Below are positions 10,100-23,796 of a stretch of 64,000 nt of DNA, piece after piece. The stretch comes from Octopus vulgaris (Eukaryota). The first letter of the stretch is position 1. The number at the start of each line of letters is the position of its first letter. A program made the translations under genes and the position numbers. The notes below the pieces were generated by a model. The model worked only from the letters and a program-made list of their open reading frames with translations, ran no database searches and was not told the DNA's origin. The DNA is taken from the NCBI GenBank assembly GCA_951406725.2, contig OX597819.1, positions 59,210,001 to 59,274,000 on the forward strand. The letters run 5' to 3'.

Positions 10100-11160
10100 A
10101 GCTGTACATTCTGAGTACAAATCCTGCAATGTTGACTTTGCCTTCCATCTTTTTGAGAATAATAAAATGATCAGTCAAGTACTGAGGTGAATTGTATCAA
10201 CTGACACCCCCTCCCCTCAAATTGCTGGTCTTGTGCCTAAATCAGTATTACAAGAGTGACAGGTGGCAGAATTAATAAAATGAAGACTCTTGCACTTTTT
10301 AGTTATCCTACCATATTCTGAGACCAATTCCTGCGAAGGTTGATAAAAAAACTACCAGACAATTACTGAAAATCAATGTAATCAATTATATTCTTCCACA
10401 AAATGTAGTCTTGTGCCTTAGTTATCATCAATTAATATCCACGTTCTATGCTGGATCTGACTACACCAGTATCTACTTCAGCTGGATGGCCTTCCTAATG
10501 CCAATCACTTTATAAAGTATTTTGGATGTTTTATTCATAGCACCACCATAAGTGAGCTCACCAAGTAACTCACAAGACTAGGCTACTTGACAGAGTGAAG
10601 GTGGCATTGTGCCAGTTGTAGAGAAGCTAAAGTAAGAAAGCAGAACAGATACCTTGTAGAAGTGAAACAAAAGTGTGGCTGCAGTAAAGGAAGAAAGGGT
10701 GGTGAGATCAGGGTACAAATAAAAATGAACAGAATAGGGAGTACAAGATTAGTGACAGGCAAGACATCACAAAATTCTAGTGGTATTTTATTATATACGT
10801 CAGGCTAGTGGATTGACGATATTGTTAGAACATTGCAGAATTTACTTCCTGAGTTCATGAACTGCTAGGTTTATCCTTCCAGGGTCTGTAATGTACCATT
10901 TATACTAAGTGCTGGGGTTGCAGAGTGATTCAATGCATCCCCACCCACCAAATGTCTGGTTTTGTGGCTATGTTATAAAAGGGTAGTGGGTCTGCAGAAT
11001 TGTTAAGAGTCGGGACAAAATACTTTGTGATATCTGTTCTGGCTCTTTACATTGTAAGTTCAAATCCTGCCAAGGTTTGATAAAATAAAATACCAATCAA
11101 GTACTAAGGTGAATTTTAATCCACTATCTTTCTCAAATTTCTAACTTTATGCTTATGTTC
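10100..11160 (+). mobile_element. cluster of about four decayed SINE family A copies
   Basis: Repeated degenerate GGCAGAA / TTCTGAGT.CAAAT / GATAAAA.AAGTACCA / TTGTGCCTA motifs. Confidence 0.55.
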
Positions 11161-11227
11161 TATTTTGTGATGAAATGATTGGACATGGCTGTTTGGACTC
11201 TGACTATCTGGCACAGCTGAATAGATA

Positions 11228-12127
11228 GACCTCTATTGCAAGCAGACCTGGACACAATGCAGCAGTGGATCATGGACTGGCAACTCAAGCTCGCTGTGGA
11301 CAAATGTACCACCATGCATTTTGGGAGGAGAAACCCAGCGTCCACCTACTCCCACCACAACACTAGTCTTAAAAAGTCTTCATGTGAACGTGACCTGGGT
11401 GTTATTGTCGACAGTGATTTGCGTTGGACAAAATACATCGCTAAAATTGTCAAGAAGGCTGAGGGTGTCTTGGCATCACTCACCAAATCCTTTGTGAGCC
11501 GCTCTCCGACTATCTATCTGCGGCTTTATATAGCTATGGTAAGACCTCACCTGGAATTCGTATCACCGGTCTGGAACCCCAGGATATCAATCGTCTGGAA
11601 GCTGTTCAGCGACGTGCAACCAAAAGAATACCCTCCATCAGGCATTTGCCATATCCTGAACGCCTTACTTCCCTGGGCATGGACACATTGAAACTCCGAC
11701 GTCTGGCAGCTGACTTGGCAGACATACATAAAATTATCAACCATCGTACAAACAATAACTCTGAGCACCTTTTCAAACTCCACCCATCTAACACCCATGG
11801 ACATATTTACAAAGTCAGAAAACAGCACAGCTCCCATGACTTCAGGAAACATTTTTTCACGCTGAGAGTTGCTGAAGCATGGAACAAACTGCCGGCATCA
11901 GTTGTTGGTTGTCGGAGCACTGCATCCTTCAAGACTTCCATGCTTTCTGAGATTCGCCAACACTACACCTGATTTTCTCAAAACTTCCATGCTTTCTGAG
12001 ATTCGCCAACACACACAGGCATGTATCTGACTCATGCATTGTTTGCTTTCCAGACATTTGTACATTACTGCATATACTCTGACAAGTTGTGGTGCACCTG
12101 AGCACTGTATACAATAATTTCATTATT
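11228..12127 (+). mobile_element. 5'-truncated CR1-clade LINE 3' fragment (frameshifted)
   Basis: DLDTMQQW..WQLKLAVDKC, ERDLGV, LYIAMVRPHLEF, RKHFFTLRVAEAWNKLP in two frames; (ATT)n tail; possible TSD ATAGATA (11221-11227 / 12128-12134); ~30-bp internal duplication near 11934-12012. Confidence 0.9.
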
Positions 12128-12287
12128 ATAGATATTCAATCTGTATTTAGCTTTGGTGGTAAACATACCCCTGTACATGTGTCCATGGCCCAGTAGGCAT
12201 GGGTGTTAAGAAGTAGTAATACAACACATAGGTGGTGGTTTCAAATCTCTTCCAGAAATTACAAGAGATCTAGTTAAAAAATTTTAG

Positions 12288-12670
12288 GTGTTGGAGCGGG
12301 TGTGTGGTAAGTAGCTTGCTTACCAACCATATGATTCCAGGTTCAGTCCCACTGTGTGGTGATTTGGGGAAGTGTCTTCTACTATAGCCTCTGGCCAACC
12401 AAAGCCTAGTGAGTAGATTTGGTAGATGGAAACTGAAAGAAGCCTGTTGTATATATATATATATGTTTGTGTGTCTGTGTTTGTCCCTACAACATTGCCT
12501 GACAACCAATGCTGGTGTGTTTACAGCCCCATTTCTTAGCGGTTTGGCAGAAGAGACCGATAGAGTAAGTACTAGGCTTACAAAGAATAAGTCCTGGGGT
12601 CAATTTGCTTAACTAAAAGTGGTGCCCCAGCATGACCGCAGTCAAATGGCTGAAACAAATAAAAGAATAC
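12288..12670 (+). mobile_element. SINE family B, near full length
   Basis: Colinear with the 3987-4348 copy and extends to the CAGCATGACCGCAGTCAAATGGCTGAAACAA tail. Confidence 0.85.
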
Positions 12671-12924
12671 ATACATACATACAAACATAACTTGAGGCTC
12701 ACATATATAAACAGAAGGAGAGCACAAGAAAAACATTACATCTGATGTCAAGTAATTCAACAACACCAAAACATCTCTTACCTGTTCTCAATTATCATTA
12801 CAAGGATAATATGTAGAGTACATAGTTCTGGTATATTAAATAATTAGTTCATATCTGATCATGGTCAGCATTGTTTTCCGATCTTCCAGGGGGAAAAAAA
12901 CTGAAGTCTTTGAACTGATATAAT

Positions 12925-13232
12925 CAACAATGTTTGTTCCTTCATGAGCCATGCCTGGCTCATAAGGGCTAGTTTCCAGGTTTCATTGACATATAGGTTC
13001 CCCACTTGGATAGAACGCCAGTCCTTCAAAGGTGAGCTGCTAAATTCAGGAGGAAAAATTGAGAGAAAGTTGTGGCAAAAGAATCAGCAGAAGTTCACTA
13101 TTACCTTCTGCCAGAGCCATATGGAGCTTAGGTGTTTCGCTCCTAAACACATACATCACCCGGTCTGAGATTCGAACCTGCAATCCCTCAACCACAAGTC
13201 CGCTGCTCTAACCACTAGGCCATGTGCCTCCA
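12925..13232 (-). mobile_element. SINE family C (subfamily shared with 60512-60843)
   Basis: Reverse complement of GAGGCACATGGCCTAGTGGTTAGAGC A-box and GGTTCGAATC B-box; ACACCTAAGCTCCA motif. Confidence 0.8.
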
Positions 13233-13329
13233 CAATCAACAATATACCTTTCTAAAATGTCTTTGGCTTTGTGCCCATGCAAGAAAACAGTGTTAATACA
13301 ACAGCAGCAGATCAATAGATTACCACCAA

Positions 13330-13530
13330 TGACAGAATCGTTAACACAGCAAACAAAATGCTTAGCATCATTTCGTCTGTCTTTACAGAGTTCAAATTCA
13401 CCAATGTAGACTTAGCCTTTCATCCTTTCAAGGTTGATAAAATAGGTACCAACAGAGCACTGGTGTCAATACAATCAACAAACCACCTTCTCATCCAAAT
13501 TTCAGGCCTTATGCTTAGAGTAGAAAGTAT
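13330..13530 (+). mobile_element. SINE family A, decayed
   Basis: GAGTTCAAATTC, GCCTTTCATCCTTTC..GATAAAATAGGTACC core. Confidence 0.65.
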
Positions 13531-14129
13531 TACTAGGGCAGTGAGTGAATATGTAAAAGCAGTTCAAGAAATCATCATCGGTTTGATGTCCATTTTGCCA
13601 TGCTTCGATGGGTCAGATGGATTTCACTGAAGCAGATTTACAACAGTTGATGCCTTTCATGGAAGACTGGAAATAAGGAACTCTTCTTGTATGACAGTGA
13701 TGCTTGTTTATAACTACTCTGTTTCAATGGTTGAATGTCCCCCATCAGCTTTGCTTGGGCTTACTTAAAAGTAGTCATTCTTTTATTGACTTCAACCATT
13801 AGGCTGTGCCATGTTACTGCTTCACCTTCAATGGTTAATTCTATCGACGTCAGCGATCAGGAAAATAAAAATCACGTGAGTTACCTCCCTTCAAGGAGTG
13901 ACTTCCCTTTTAAAAACATCGCATCTATGCATTTTATTAACTACATGCATAATAAGTAAATATAACCATGTCTCACCCAAGAAATTGATCAGTCTCGGCA
14001 GCAAGAGAAATTTACCGGTGCGAGTATAGTATGCGGTCCACCACGGTGTCAAACAGGTTTATCTACCTTATCTTTCAGATATTTCAGAGATTAAAAACTC
14101 AGAGATTTTTTTTTTTTTTCAGAATCAGT

Positions 14130-14762
14130 TTTAGCATCTAACCATGATTATTCAACGGCTTGAGTGTGTGTTCCGGTCACTGGATCCACATAATGTCGTT
14201 GATCCAGGTGGTGATAACCGATGGTATTTAAATTATTATAAGCGGGCCACTCATCTGATTGGATTAGTGAACTTTTTTTAACATTCTCTTTCAATAATTG
14301 GGATCAGACTGTTCCCGTCACGCCGTTCCACACAAAAGTATCGACAGTCTGAGCCTTGTTTAAGACCAAGAACCCACGGCCGATCAATTCTAGGTCTATG
14401 ATTCCTGTTGTTTCGTTGTTCTGCATCACTGTCTTCGAAGAGAGGAGCGTTGTCACCATTCAGCATTCTTCCTCAATTGTATTTTCGTCGATCTGAATGG
14501 GGTTATCATTTGTTCCAACCATCATCCCTCGTCGTACATGATAAACTATGGCTCCACACATATCGCGGCATATATTGTGCCAGTCAGTTATTGTACTTTT
14601 AGATTTTCCCGTTAGAGTCACTGCAGTGGTCATGGGTATATTCATGACAAAGAAAAATATCAGTTCTAAAATCTCACTCGGGCTCAGCCTGCAGTTGAAT
14701 TTGTTGTTCATGTCCGTATAATGGAAAAATTGGTTTCCAAATTGAACGTTTAAGGTAGACAA
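14130..14762 (-). pseudogene. Merlin transposase pseudogene
   Basis: Fragments in several frames: ..TDWHNICRDMC..GTNDNPIQIDE / RPWVLGL..VERRDGNSLIPIIEREC / IQSDEWPAYNNL..HYVDPVTGTHTQAVE*SW; D-D-E triad of the IS1595/Merlin family; frameshifts and stops. Confidence 0.85.
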
Positions 14763-14807
14763 CCCTGGCTATACTGTTTGACAACGAGGTAGACCGCTTA
14801 CTATACT

Positions 14808-15035
14808 TATTTCTTTATTGCCCACAAGTAGCTAAACGTAGAGGGGACAAACAAGGGCAAAGGGATTAAGGCAATTACATCGACCCCAGTGCGTAACTGG
14901 TACTTAATTTATCGACCCCGAAAGGATGAATGGCAAAGTCGGCCTCGGCGGAATTTGAACTCAGAACGTAAAGACAGATGAAATACTGCTAGGCATTTCG
15001 TCTGGTGTGCTAACGTTGCTGCCAGTTCGCTGCCT
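14808..15035 (-). mobile_element. full-length SINE family A inserted in the Merlin TIR
   Basis: 18-bp TSD TAGACCGC(T/A)TACTATACT at 14790-14807 and 15036-15053. Confidence 0.92.
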
Positions 15036-15304
15036 TAGACCGCATACTATACTAGTACCCATTTACCCAAAATAATATGCAGTAAACTCAAACCATTCTT
15101 TCATTTCATCCCATTCATCATTTGCTAGCTTGTAGCCAAAGTAGCCCCCACTTTCTTTTCCCGTTATCTTCACCCTCAGTTAAGAGTCCAAAATGTGTAG
15201 AGTAAAGACTTTCAAACTCTTTATCTTTTTCTTAGATTAATCGGAACCAATTTTTGTTGAGCCATTTAAACCATTTCTAATAATATTTAAATTCAATAGG
15301 TAAT

Positions 15305-15520
15305 ATTGGTTTCAAGTTTTGGCACAAGTCCAGCAATTTTGGGAAAAGGAGTGAGTTGACTACATCAACCCGTGCTCAACTAGTACTTATTTTATTGATC
15401 TCAAACAGATGAAAAGCAGAGTTGACCTCAGTGAAATTCCAACTCAGAATGTAAAGATGGACAAAATGCCGCTAAGCATTTTACCTGGTATGCCAACAAT
15501 TCTCCCATCTCATCACCTTT
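15305..15520 (-). mobile_element. SINE family A, decayed
   Basis: Reverse complement of the family A core and head. Confidence 0.7.
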
Positions 15521-15886
15521 AGCTACATATTGTCAAGTTTCTAGTCTTCTATGGATAACTACTAAAATTTTTTTTAATGTAACTTATAACTCCATGATGT
15601 ATTAGAGACAGAAAAGAGCAACAGACCTACTAATGGATCTTGGACCACATATCTATCGCTTATTAGGTGACCGCCTCAACAATTAACTGATTTTCTGCCA
15701 TTCACCTTCTAGAATTGTATTACAGATCTCTCTTTTTATTTTCTGCTATTTCAACTATAAATCATCACACTTATCACTTCACCTATCACAAGTTTAATAA
15801 GTGCACTGTAGTGTAATTAGTAACACCATTGCTTGGCAAATAATAGATACAATAAATCTGTAGCTTTTATTTATTTATCAATATTA

Positions 15887-16100
15887 AGGCAGCAAGCTGA
15901 CAAAATCATTATCATGCTGAGCATTTCATCTACCTGGGTATTTCATCTAGCACTACGTTGAGTACAAATTCCGCCATGGCCAACTTTGTCTTTCATCCTT
16001 TCAGGAGTTGACAAAATAAGTACCAGTTGAACACTGGAGTCAATGAAATCAACTCATCCCCTCCCCCAAAACTGCTGCCCTTCTGGCAAAATTTGAAACC
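15887..16100 (+). mobile_element. SINE family A, decayed
   Basis: AAGGCAGCAAGCTGAC head, TTTCATCCTTTCAGG..AAATAAGTACCAG core. Confidence 0.7.
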
Positions 16101-19100
16101 ATTATTTTTTATATTTATTGTTTTTTGTCGTAAATTGTTGTTTACGATACCTAATCAAAAACCTAAAACAAAAAAAAGAGTAATAGATCAATTTGTCACA
16201 CATTACTGGTTATATCTAATTAAGGTGCAGTGGCTTAGTAGTTAAGATGTTGCACATACAAGCGTAGGTTCATAAGTTTGATTCCTATACTGGACGGTAT
16301 ACAGCGTCCATGAGAACAGAACATCATTTCATTTTGTTCCAGTCTATTCAAGCAAAAACGAGTACCAGCTGACTGCCAGTGCAGCTCTCTAACCTCTCGC
16401 TGTCAGATCTTCAATGTTCCACTGATCCAAAGGGTGGGTGAGTCAAGGGGCTGTCTATGTCTGTTTAGGACCACATAGGTACCTAAAACAATTAGTACAA
16501 ATGTCTACCAGATCATCCATGCTAGTGATTAAGCTTCTTTTTTTTTTTTTTTAATATCTAATACCATGGGCATCAAGTCGACTAGTTTATCATTTTCCCT
16601 AACCTTTCTGTACTATTTGTCACATAACACAATAAGAAGCACATTCACCGATTCCAGAAATGTAAACTGTTAACACACAAATTGATCCTAACACTAACAG
16701 ACTTACCATTTATTAGAGCCAATGAGGGAACCTCTGGGGACACTCAAGCCACTAGAAAAAGCAGTCAAATTTCCTTCTATTCATAGCCTATTGTTTAAGA
16801 AAAGCACACATTAGACAAGTGGTTTTAAGTCCTCTGCACAAAGGAGAAAGATGAGGTGGTCACCACCAAAATGACTGATCACAGGTTTGCTCAGTGAGAG
16901 TTGTCCTGGGGCCAAACAAGAGCAGAGTGGGGTTTTCACCCCCACTGTGGTTATATTCTTTAATTAATGATTCATGGTTTATTTTGCTTATAAAATATCT
17001 AAAAATATATTCAACACACAGGAGTTGAAGATCTTATTTTCCTTGCACCTTTAGGCATTAAGCACTTTGTTTTAATCCAGGGTGCCATTATAGCCCAGCT
17101 GAAAATGATAAGCAGAACTTTCAACCAAGTGGTTTATTAAAAAAAAAAATTTAAAAGAAAAACCAACAACAAAGCTGGGTTTAGAAGCCTTTATTTCAAA
17201 TATAAAGACCCTCTAAAAAACAACCATTAAGAGCAGCCAGGGTGGAGACCCACCCTCCAAAGAAAGTTCCAGAAAGTTAAGGCTGCAATTTTTTTTTTTT
17301 ATTATTTTTCTACATTGTTGGACCATATTTCACTGACATGAACTGATTAATATTTCATAATTATCAGGGATCAATGTAGACCATCCACAAATGATGGGAG
17401 AGAAAAGGAAGTTGTAATACTTAGAAATAGTAAAGAGATTTAAAAAATAATAATGATATTTATATTTGTTTGTTTTTATTAAAAAAAAAAAAGAGAGCTT
17501 TTAATTCCAATTGTTGGCTGTCCAAGAATAACATCTGGACAAAAAAAAAAATTGCTAAAAAAGATAAGGACTCCTATCACCAAAAACTTTGGGAGGAGCA
17601 GTGATCTCTACCTCCTGAGGAATTCTTGTATTGCAAAGCTTTGTAGAACCCCCAAGGAAGAAAAAGCTGCAGCAGGGAGCAGACAAAATAAATAAACACA
17701 GAGGAAAAAATACAGTTAAAGACACTAGGTTGGCAAATTGAACACCTATCTAAGAAGAATATCTTTTCTCTAAAATACAAAAAAAGTATTAAATGGTTAT
17801 TTAGAAATACTAAAGGCTAAATTTGCTTTAAGGGAAATGAATATAAAATTTAAATGGTTTCATTTATCAATATTTTTGGGTGTATGTATGTATGCAGGTT
17901 TTGCCTTTTTTTTCTTTTTTTTATTGCAACAATTGTTGCAGAGTTTTTTGAAATTAGATATAAAAAGAGTGGTTCAATTAAAGTAACAAGTCCTGTCAAT
18001 GGTGTGGAATTCTGTCTGAGAGCAGTTAGATGCCAAATCAAGCCGTTTAAGAGCTCTGAAATGTAGAGAAAAAAAACCCTCGTCATAGTCAATCCTAGTC
18101 AAATGCAACACTGACTGCTGCAGAAAGAATCGTGATGTCAATCTTTTGAGAAGAACCACTATCAAAATTCACAGAGTGATCTGTGACTTTCTTTTTATTT
18201 TTGCCACCATTTGCTGTAGCACTAAAGGTGCTGAGACTACCAGAGATAGGAAATGCAGGCGTGAATATGTCACTGGTGGGGTAGGAATAGAATCCAATAA
18301 AGAAGTATTTACAGTGTGTTTCAAATCTTCTTAGAGGATATTGCATTGGGGCTATCAATATAAATCTAATTAACAAGAGATATGGGAATTGTTGAAAATT
18401 AACAAGGGACTGGAAACTAAACATTTTCCATCATTTTATTCAGGCAACAAACCTTGAGTTGTGAAAACACTCTGAAGGCTCTTTTTTAGTTTTTCAATCT
18501 TTTACTGCCAGTCTCCAAACCAGAAAGCCAATGTAACAGCAGATTGTGAATAGGCAGAGGAATATATTACAAATATCAATAAGGGCACCAAACTGGATAG
18601 AATATATTTTATAACAATCAATCACTCAGATGTTTAATGAAAACAGACACCAGCAGAAAGTATAACAAAAACCAGATATCAAGAGACTCCATTGAGATCC
18701 AGTAGTATAAATAAATAGAGGAAACAGACATTAAAATAAATATCTTCATAAAATATAAATCTAATTTAATGCACAACTCTTTGCTGGTAAAATTCTGTCA
18801 GACTCTCTCCAATTATTTTGATTTTGCTTTTTTGGGGTTTTTCCTTTTTATTTAAATTTTTTTTTTCCTTTTTCTTTTACCAAGAAATATTATTAATGAA
18901 GGCCAACATTTGATGAAGATAACTGTTGCTTTCTGACAACAGAACAGAGAACTATTAGAAACAGCAGTTGATTGCTGGAACCATAGACAACTGATAAGAG
19001 AAGTACTAATAGCATTGGCCTCCAGTATTAGACAGCTAATGATGGACATTGCAATGAATGTTGCTGACACCAAACCAGAGGTAAACCCAAGCAGTTTATT

Positions 19101-20635
19101 TTGGCCAACAGCTGGGAGTTTGGGGGGAGGGAAAGAATCAAAGAAAGAAAAGAATTTAAAAATATATGTATATATTTAAAAAGAAAAAGAAAGACTTCAG
19201 GGAATTTAGTCAAAAACAAAAGATAGCCTAAATGTCTCAGATGGAGATATGTAAAGAGACATGGCCACTGTAAGGTGCAATAAGTGAGAGGAATAAAGAT
19301 AATGCCAGCCTTACAAAATCTTTGATCAAACCACGGATATATGCCAACCAATCTTCATCACTGAGAATACTCAACCAGGAAAAAAAAATGTTTGAAATAA
19401 TAAAATAAACAATATCAATAACTTTAGCCAATGTTAGTCAACAAATGTCATCAGAAAACAAAACCATTTGCTTTAAGGGAATCTTTCTTTTTTTTCTCTT
19501 TGATTTTACAAATCAAAAAAACAAGTTTATAATTTATTATTCAATTTTTTTTTGTTGTTGCTTATGTTTTACTTGTGTACTTCATTGTTGTGCTTCTCAT
19601 TCTGCATTCATTATGGCAAAGAATTATATACAAACTTCTGTCTCTGAGCAGCCAGGGTTGCAAGATGGCAGCTAAGAAAATAGAACCAACTGATTCTAAA
19701 TGGTAAGCTAGAGAACATGCAGAAATAATTACATTAAAATGGAGATTTCTCACATAAAAAGCTGAAAGAGATGAGAAAACTTTGAAGACAAGTGAATGGA
19801 CATTGTTTAAATGTCTCTTTCAACATGAATAGGTAAAGAAAACATCAAATGGTATTTTAGAGCAAGGTCTTCTTTCACAGTAATTATAAACTGATTGGGA
19901 AGATTAAAAGGAGCCAAAGATAATATGGAAGCAGTCGGTAAATACAATTTTAGAAACTTTGGGGTTAGTTGTTAACTCAGTGTCGACTAGTTTAACCCCA
20001 TGCATACAGTATCTACAATGCCAGCCCCTTATTACGTCAGATATGGTATTCAGGCAGTAAGAACTGCCATATGTAAACCTAAGCAAGTATATAGACTGTC
20101 ATCCAGCATTTAGTTAACTGAAGAACACCCAGCTGGTGAAAGCAATGTAATCTGGTGTGTCACATCACAGACAAATACAATCTAAGAACAGACATCACAG
20201 CTTTCTTTTCTTTTCACTTTCTGTCTTTATAGGAGCTCTTAGCTTCATCCATTCACTCCTTTCTGACAGCTCAGCTGACAAATGTTATCTCTATGGAACT
20301 ATTGTAAAACAGATATCAAATAGTACCTGACCAGTTAAAGCACATATATACATATACACACCATTTGTCAGGTGGCTTTGTCATCAACAGACATCAAGCC
20401 AGTCACAACTCTAAACACTCCTTAAAATAAACAAATCAAATTCACAGCCAACAAAGCAAAACAAAACAAAAAAATCCTTCCAAACGAAAATTCATAAGCT
20501 TCTTTAGGCAGTACTCAAGAAAAAATGTAAGACTACCAGGTTACAGTTACTTTTGGTATATATATGTATGATGCAGGTACATGTGTGTATGTATGATGTA
20601 TGCATGTTTGTGTAAGTGATATTTGGTACGCTTTT

Positions 20636-20669
<34 letters not shown>

Positions 20670-20793
20670 GAAAAAATTTTGAATGTAGAGTTTAAAACAA
20701 TTTTTTTTTAAACCAAGTACACAGGGTTGAAACAAATTTTAAGAAGCAATCTTTAATTTTGTGAACATTTGTATAAGATGTGCACTGTTGGAA

Positions 20794-20798
<5 letters not shown>

Positions 20799-20883
<85 letters not shown>

Positions 20884-20900
20884 GATAGTGTGTGTGTGTG
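20799..20900. repeat. (TA)n(CA)n(TA)n(GT)n compound microsatellite
   Basis: Direct reading. Confidence 0.95.
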
Positions 20901-23122
20901 TAATGTCAATTCTCATTTAACTGTAAATTACATCACTGCTTATAACGTAACTGCAGTGATAGTGACAGGTTTATAATGGAAACACATGCTTGGCCCAAAA
21001 ACTCAAGTGAAATCCTCCTCCATACCTTTTGCTCCACTGCAAATACATTTGGAAGATATTATCAGTGACAGGAAGGTAGAAAGAGTGCTTTAAATATGCC
21101 CTTTGGTAATTGTTAAATCAAAAGTTCCATTAGTGTGAAATCCTTGACAGATTTTCAACTTAAATAACACACATTTTAGGATAAGTTTTAAATGGGAAAA
21201 AAAATCAAATTGATATTGTGTAACAATGAAACTGGCAAGTAATTAATTAAACCCACCAACAATATAGTTTTCCACCAACATGATAACAGTTCTTTTTCAG
21301 TCTATTTTTATATATATGTATTTATTATTGTTCATTTTAATATTGAACCAAAGATGAGCCAGGCCCACAAACTGCTATGGTCCTCTTGGTGTAGAAGAAA
21401 GGATAATAGAAGGAAAATTAATTTGGTACAGTTAATAATTTCCTTGAATTTAATTGGAGGTTTACTGTAGTGAAGAAAAACATACTGAGGCAGTGTTACA
21501 GAAGGAAATGCCATGTTATTTAGTACACAGAATACAGAGGGAGGCAACAGGAATGGCAAGGCATTATTTTATGAATTACAGGTTATGGGGTTCTAAAGGG
21601 AAACAACTGTGGTAATAACTAACATCAAGGCAATGGAAGGATATAGCTTTCGGAGTGAGCTGGAGACTAGACGTTCTCTGTAAATGAAATCGTAAGATGC
21701 AAAACAAAGCTACCTGTTAATAATTTATTTGATTAGATTGAACAAAGTGAGACAGTAAATCAATTTTTCTTGACCAGTTTTGCCTATGAACTGTATGTCT
21801 GCACCATTGACTTTCCAACTTGTCCTAAAGTTTGTGCTGCTCAAAATACAGACTATATAGTACTGATAGCCACCAATTTAATAAATCATATAGCACAAAG
21901 TAGAAAACTGCTCAATAATTCCAAGAAGAATGAAGCCAGTAAATCTTAGTCCCTACCTCGTTTGGGAAGATCTTTAATGACGAACTGGTAAGAACATCAG
22001 TATAAGATTGTATATTCAATATGACTGAATGTACAAATCCCACATTTTAAGACAAAGTGTCCTCTAAAAGAGACATCACAACACTCCTGCCCTGCTTATT
22101 CTTATCCATTACTTGATGTCTGAAATTATGGTTACTATCTCATAAATGTTTTCAGTTTATGGCTGTATCATGGCATCACTTCCTAGAACCAGGCCATATC
22201 ATCAAGTTTGTTTATTTTCTCTTTTGGCAGGCAATCATGTAAGCATTTCTATGATCAGTTATGTTTCATATTTCACTGAAATTCGAGAATTTTTAATTCT
22301 TTAAAACCAGACAGAACATGGCTGAATTCTCTCAGGGAGGCTAATACCTGTATTTTCACATTCGGCCGAGTCTTGGAATATATTATCGATGAACTAACTT
22401 AAATGTAAGGTTTCTTGATCAGTGTTTCATGAAGGTTTAATTAATGAATATACCTAATTCTTCAACCAAGCAACAGATGAAGAGGAACGAGAGATTGATT
22501 ACATTTATATTATCAGTCAAACTTTTTTAACCCAACTATTTTTAACACATCATTAACTATTTTAAAAACTCATTTCATTATGAATGAATGAAACTGCTAC
22601 ACAGAAAACAGAAACCAAATCCACATCAGTGGGCATGATTTTCTTTTCTCTCTCAAATTAGTGCTTATAACGTCTAATAATATATTTCAGGTCATTAAAG
22701 TCAGGTCAGTCACTGATCAAAACAAATATATCAGAGACTTGGTTATATCAAGAATTTGACATAGGATTCAGCAGAGACTCAATACAAAGTAAACACAAGT
22801 CTTTTCCTCTATTCCTCTTCACTTGTAAGACATTAACAGCTTCGTGTTGCAAGGGAAGATATAGAGACCTAAGATTATACACTCCACTATACCTTGTGCT
22901 ATTATAAGCAATTTGATTTGTCTAAATGGTTAATGCCTCTTCTGAATTGTCCATGTGACTGTGTGTCACAATGATAGCAGCAAGCAGTACTGATTGTTTC
23001 ATAGTAATTGACCTTGTCCATCATTCATAATTCTTCACTAGAGAATCCATACATTAGCAACTTGATGTATGGTTAGTGACGGAGATACAAACTCTTTATA
23101 AAGTTTGATCTGAGAAATCTAC

Positions 23123-23395
23123 ATATATATATATATATATATATACACACAAGTATATAATATATATGTAATATATATATGCATATACATTTTATATATT
23201 ATATTATATATATATATATATATACATACATTATATATGTATTGTATACATATATTATATTATATACAAATATATATCATATACATATTATATATATATT
23301 ATATACATATATTATATTATATTATGTACATATATCATATATTATGTACATATATGTATATCATATATGTATATATAATATTGCATATGATATAT
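23123..23395. repeat. degenerate TA-rich low-complexity tract
   Basis: Almost pure TA/TAC repeats. Confidence 0.9.
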
Positions 23396-23796
23396 GAATT
23401 CTGAACAGTGGAGCAAGTGGATTAATGATCAAAATGCAGCAGGTACAGAAGGTGGCATACTGAAGGGATGTAATGGACTGCATGAAAATCAAGTGAGAAC
23501 ACAGATCTGAATTGTCTCAGAAAGATTGTGTGTGTGTGTTTGTGTGCATATGCACATGCATAAAATAAAGACTGACTTGTGCATGATAATAGCATGTTCC
23601 ACTTAACTATGACATCATTGCAGGCTGCATATCTATTGGGAGATATCAGGCATGGAACACATGCAAACCAATAGTATTTGAGAGTGCAAAAACAGCCAAA
23701 TCCAATGTTTGTGCTTATATGCAGCAGTATATATTGGTGTGGCCAACATTATGTCAAGAAAATGTGCATGTAAAATGGTCAACAAATTTTTGTTTG

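Larger units (their letters stand above)
14017..15059 (-). mobile_element. Merlin (IS1595/ISXO2-like DDE) DNA transposon, internally deleted, right TIR split by a SINE
   Basis: 40-bp TIR starting GG (14017-14056); inverse copy at 14774-14807 plus 15054-15059; 8-bp TSD AATTTACC / CATTTACC (14009-14016, 15060-15067); transposase motifs on the - strand. Confidence 0.88.
17190..23796 (-). other. putative long 3'UTR of the ZCCHC14/2-family gene
   Basis: Directly follows the stop codon; ~6.6 kb with no recognisable SINE/LINE, unlike the flanks; AATAAA on the - strand near 17133, 17190, 17475 and 18434; true end unknown. Confidence 0.55.

Noticed and set aside
13160-13232. tRNA gene-like sequence
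   Set aside because: A/B boxes continue into the SINE body shared by many copies; it is a SINE head, not a tRNA
17577-21559. Short ORFs of 60-110 aa
   Set aside because: Low-complexity F/L/I/K-rich translations without motifs or coherent splice structure; expected noise in AT-rich UTR
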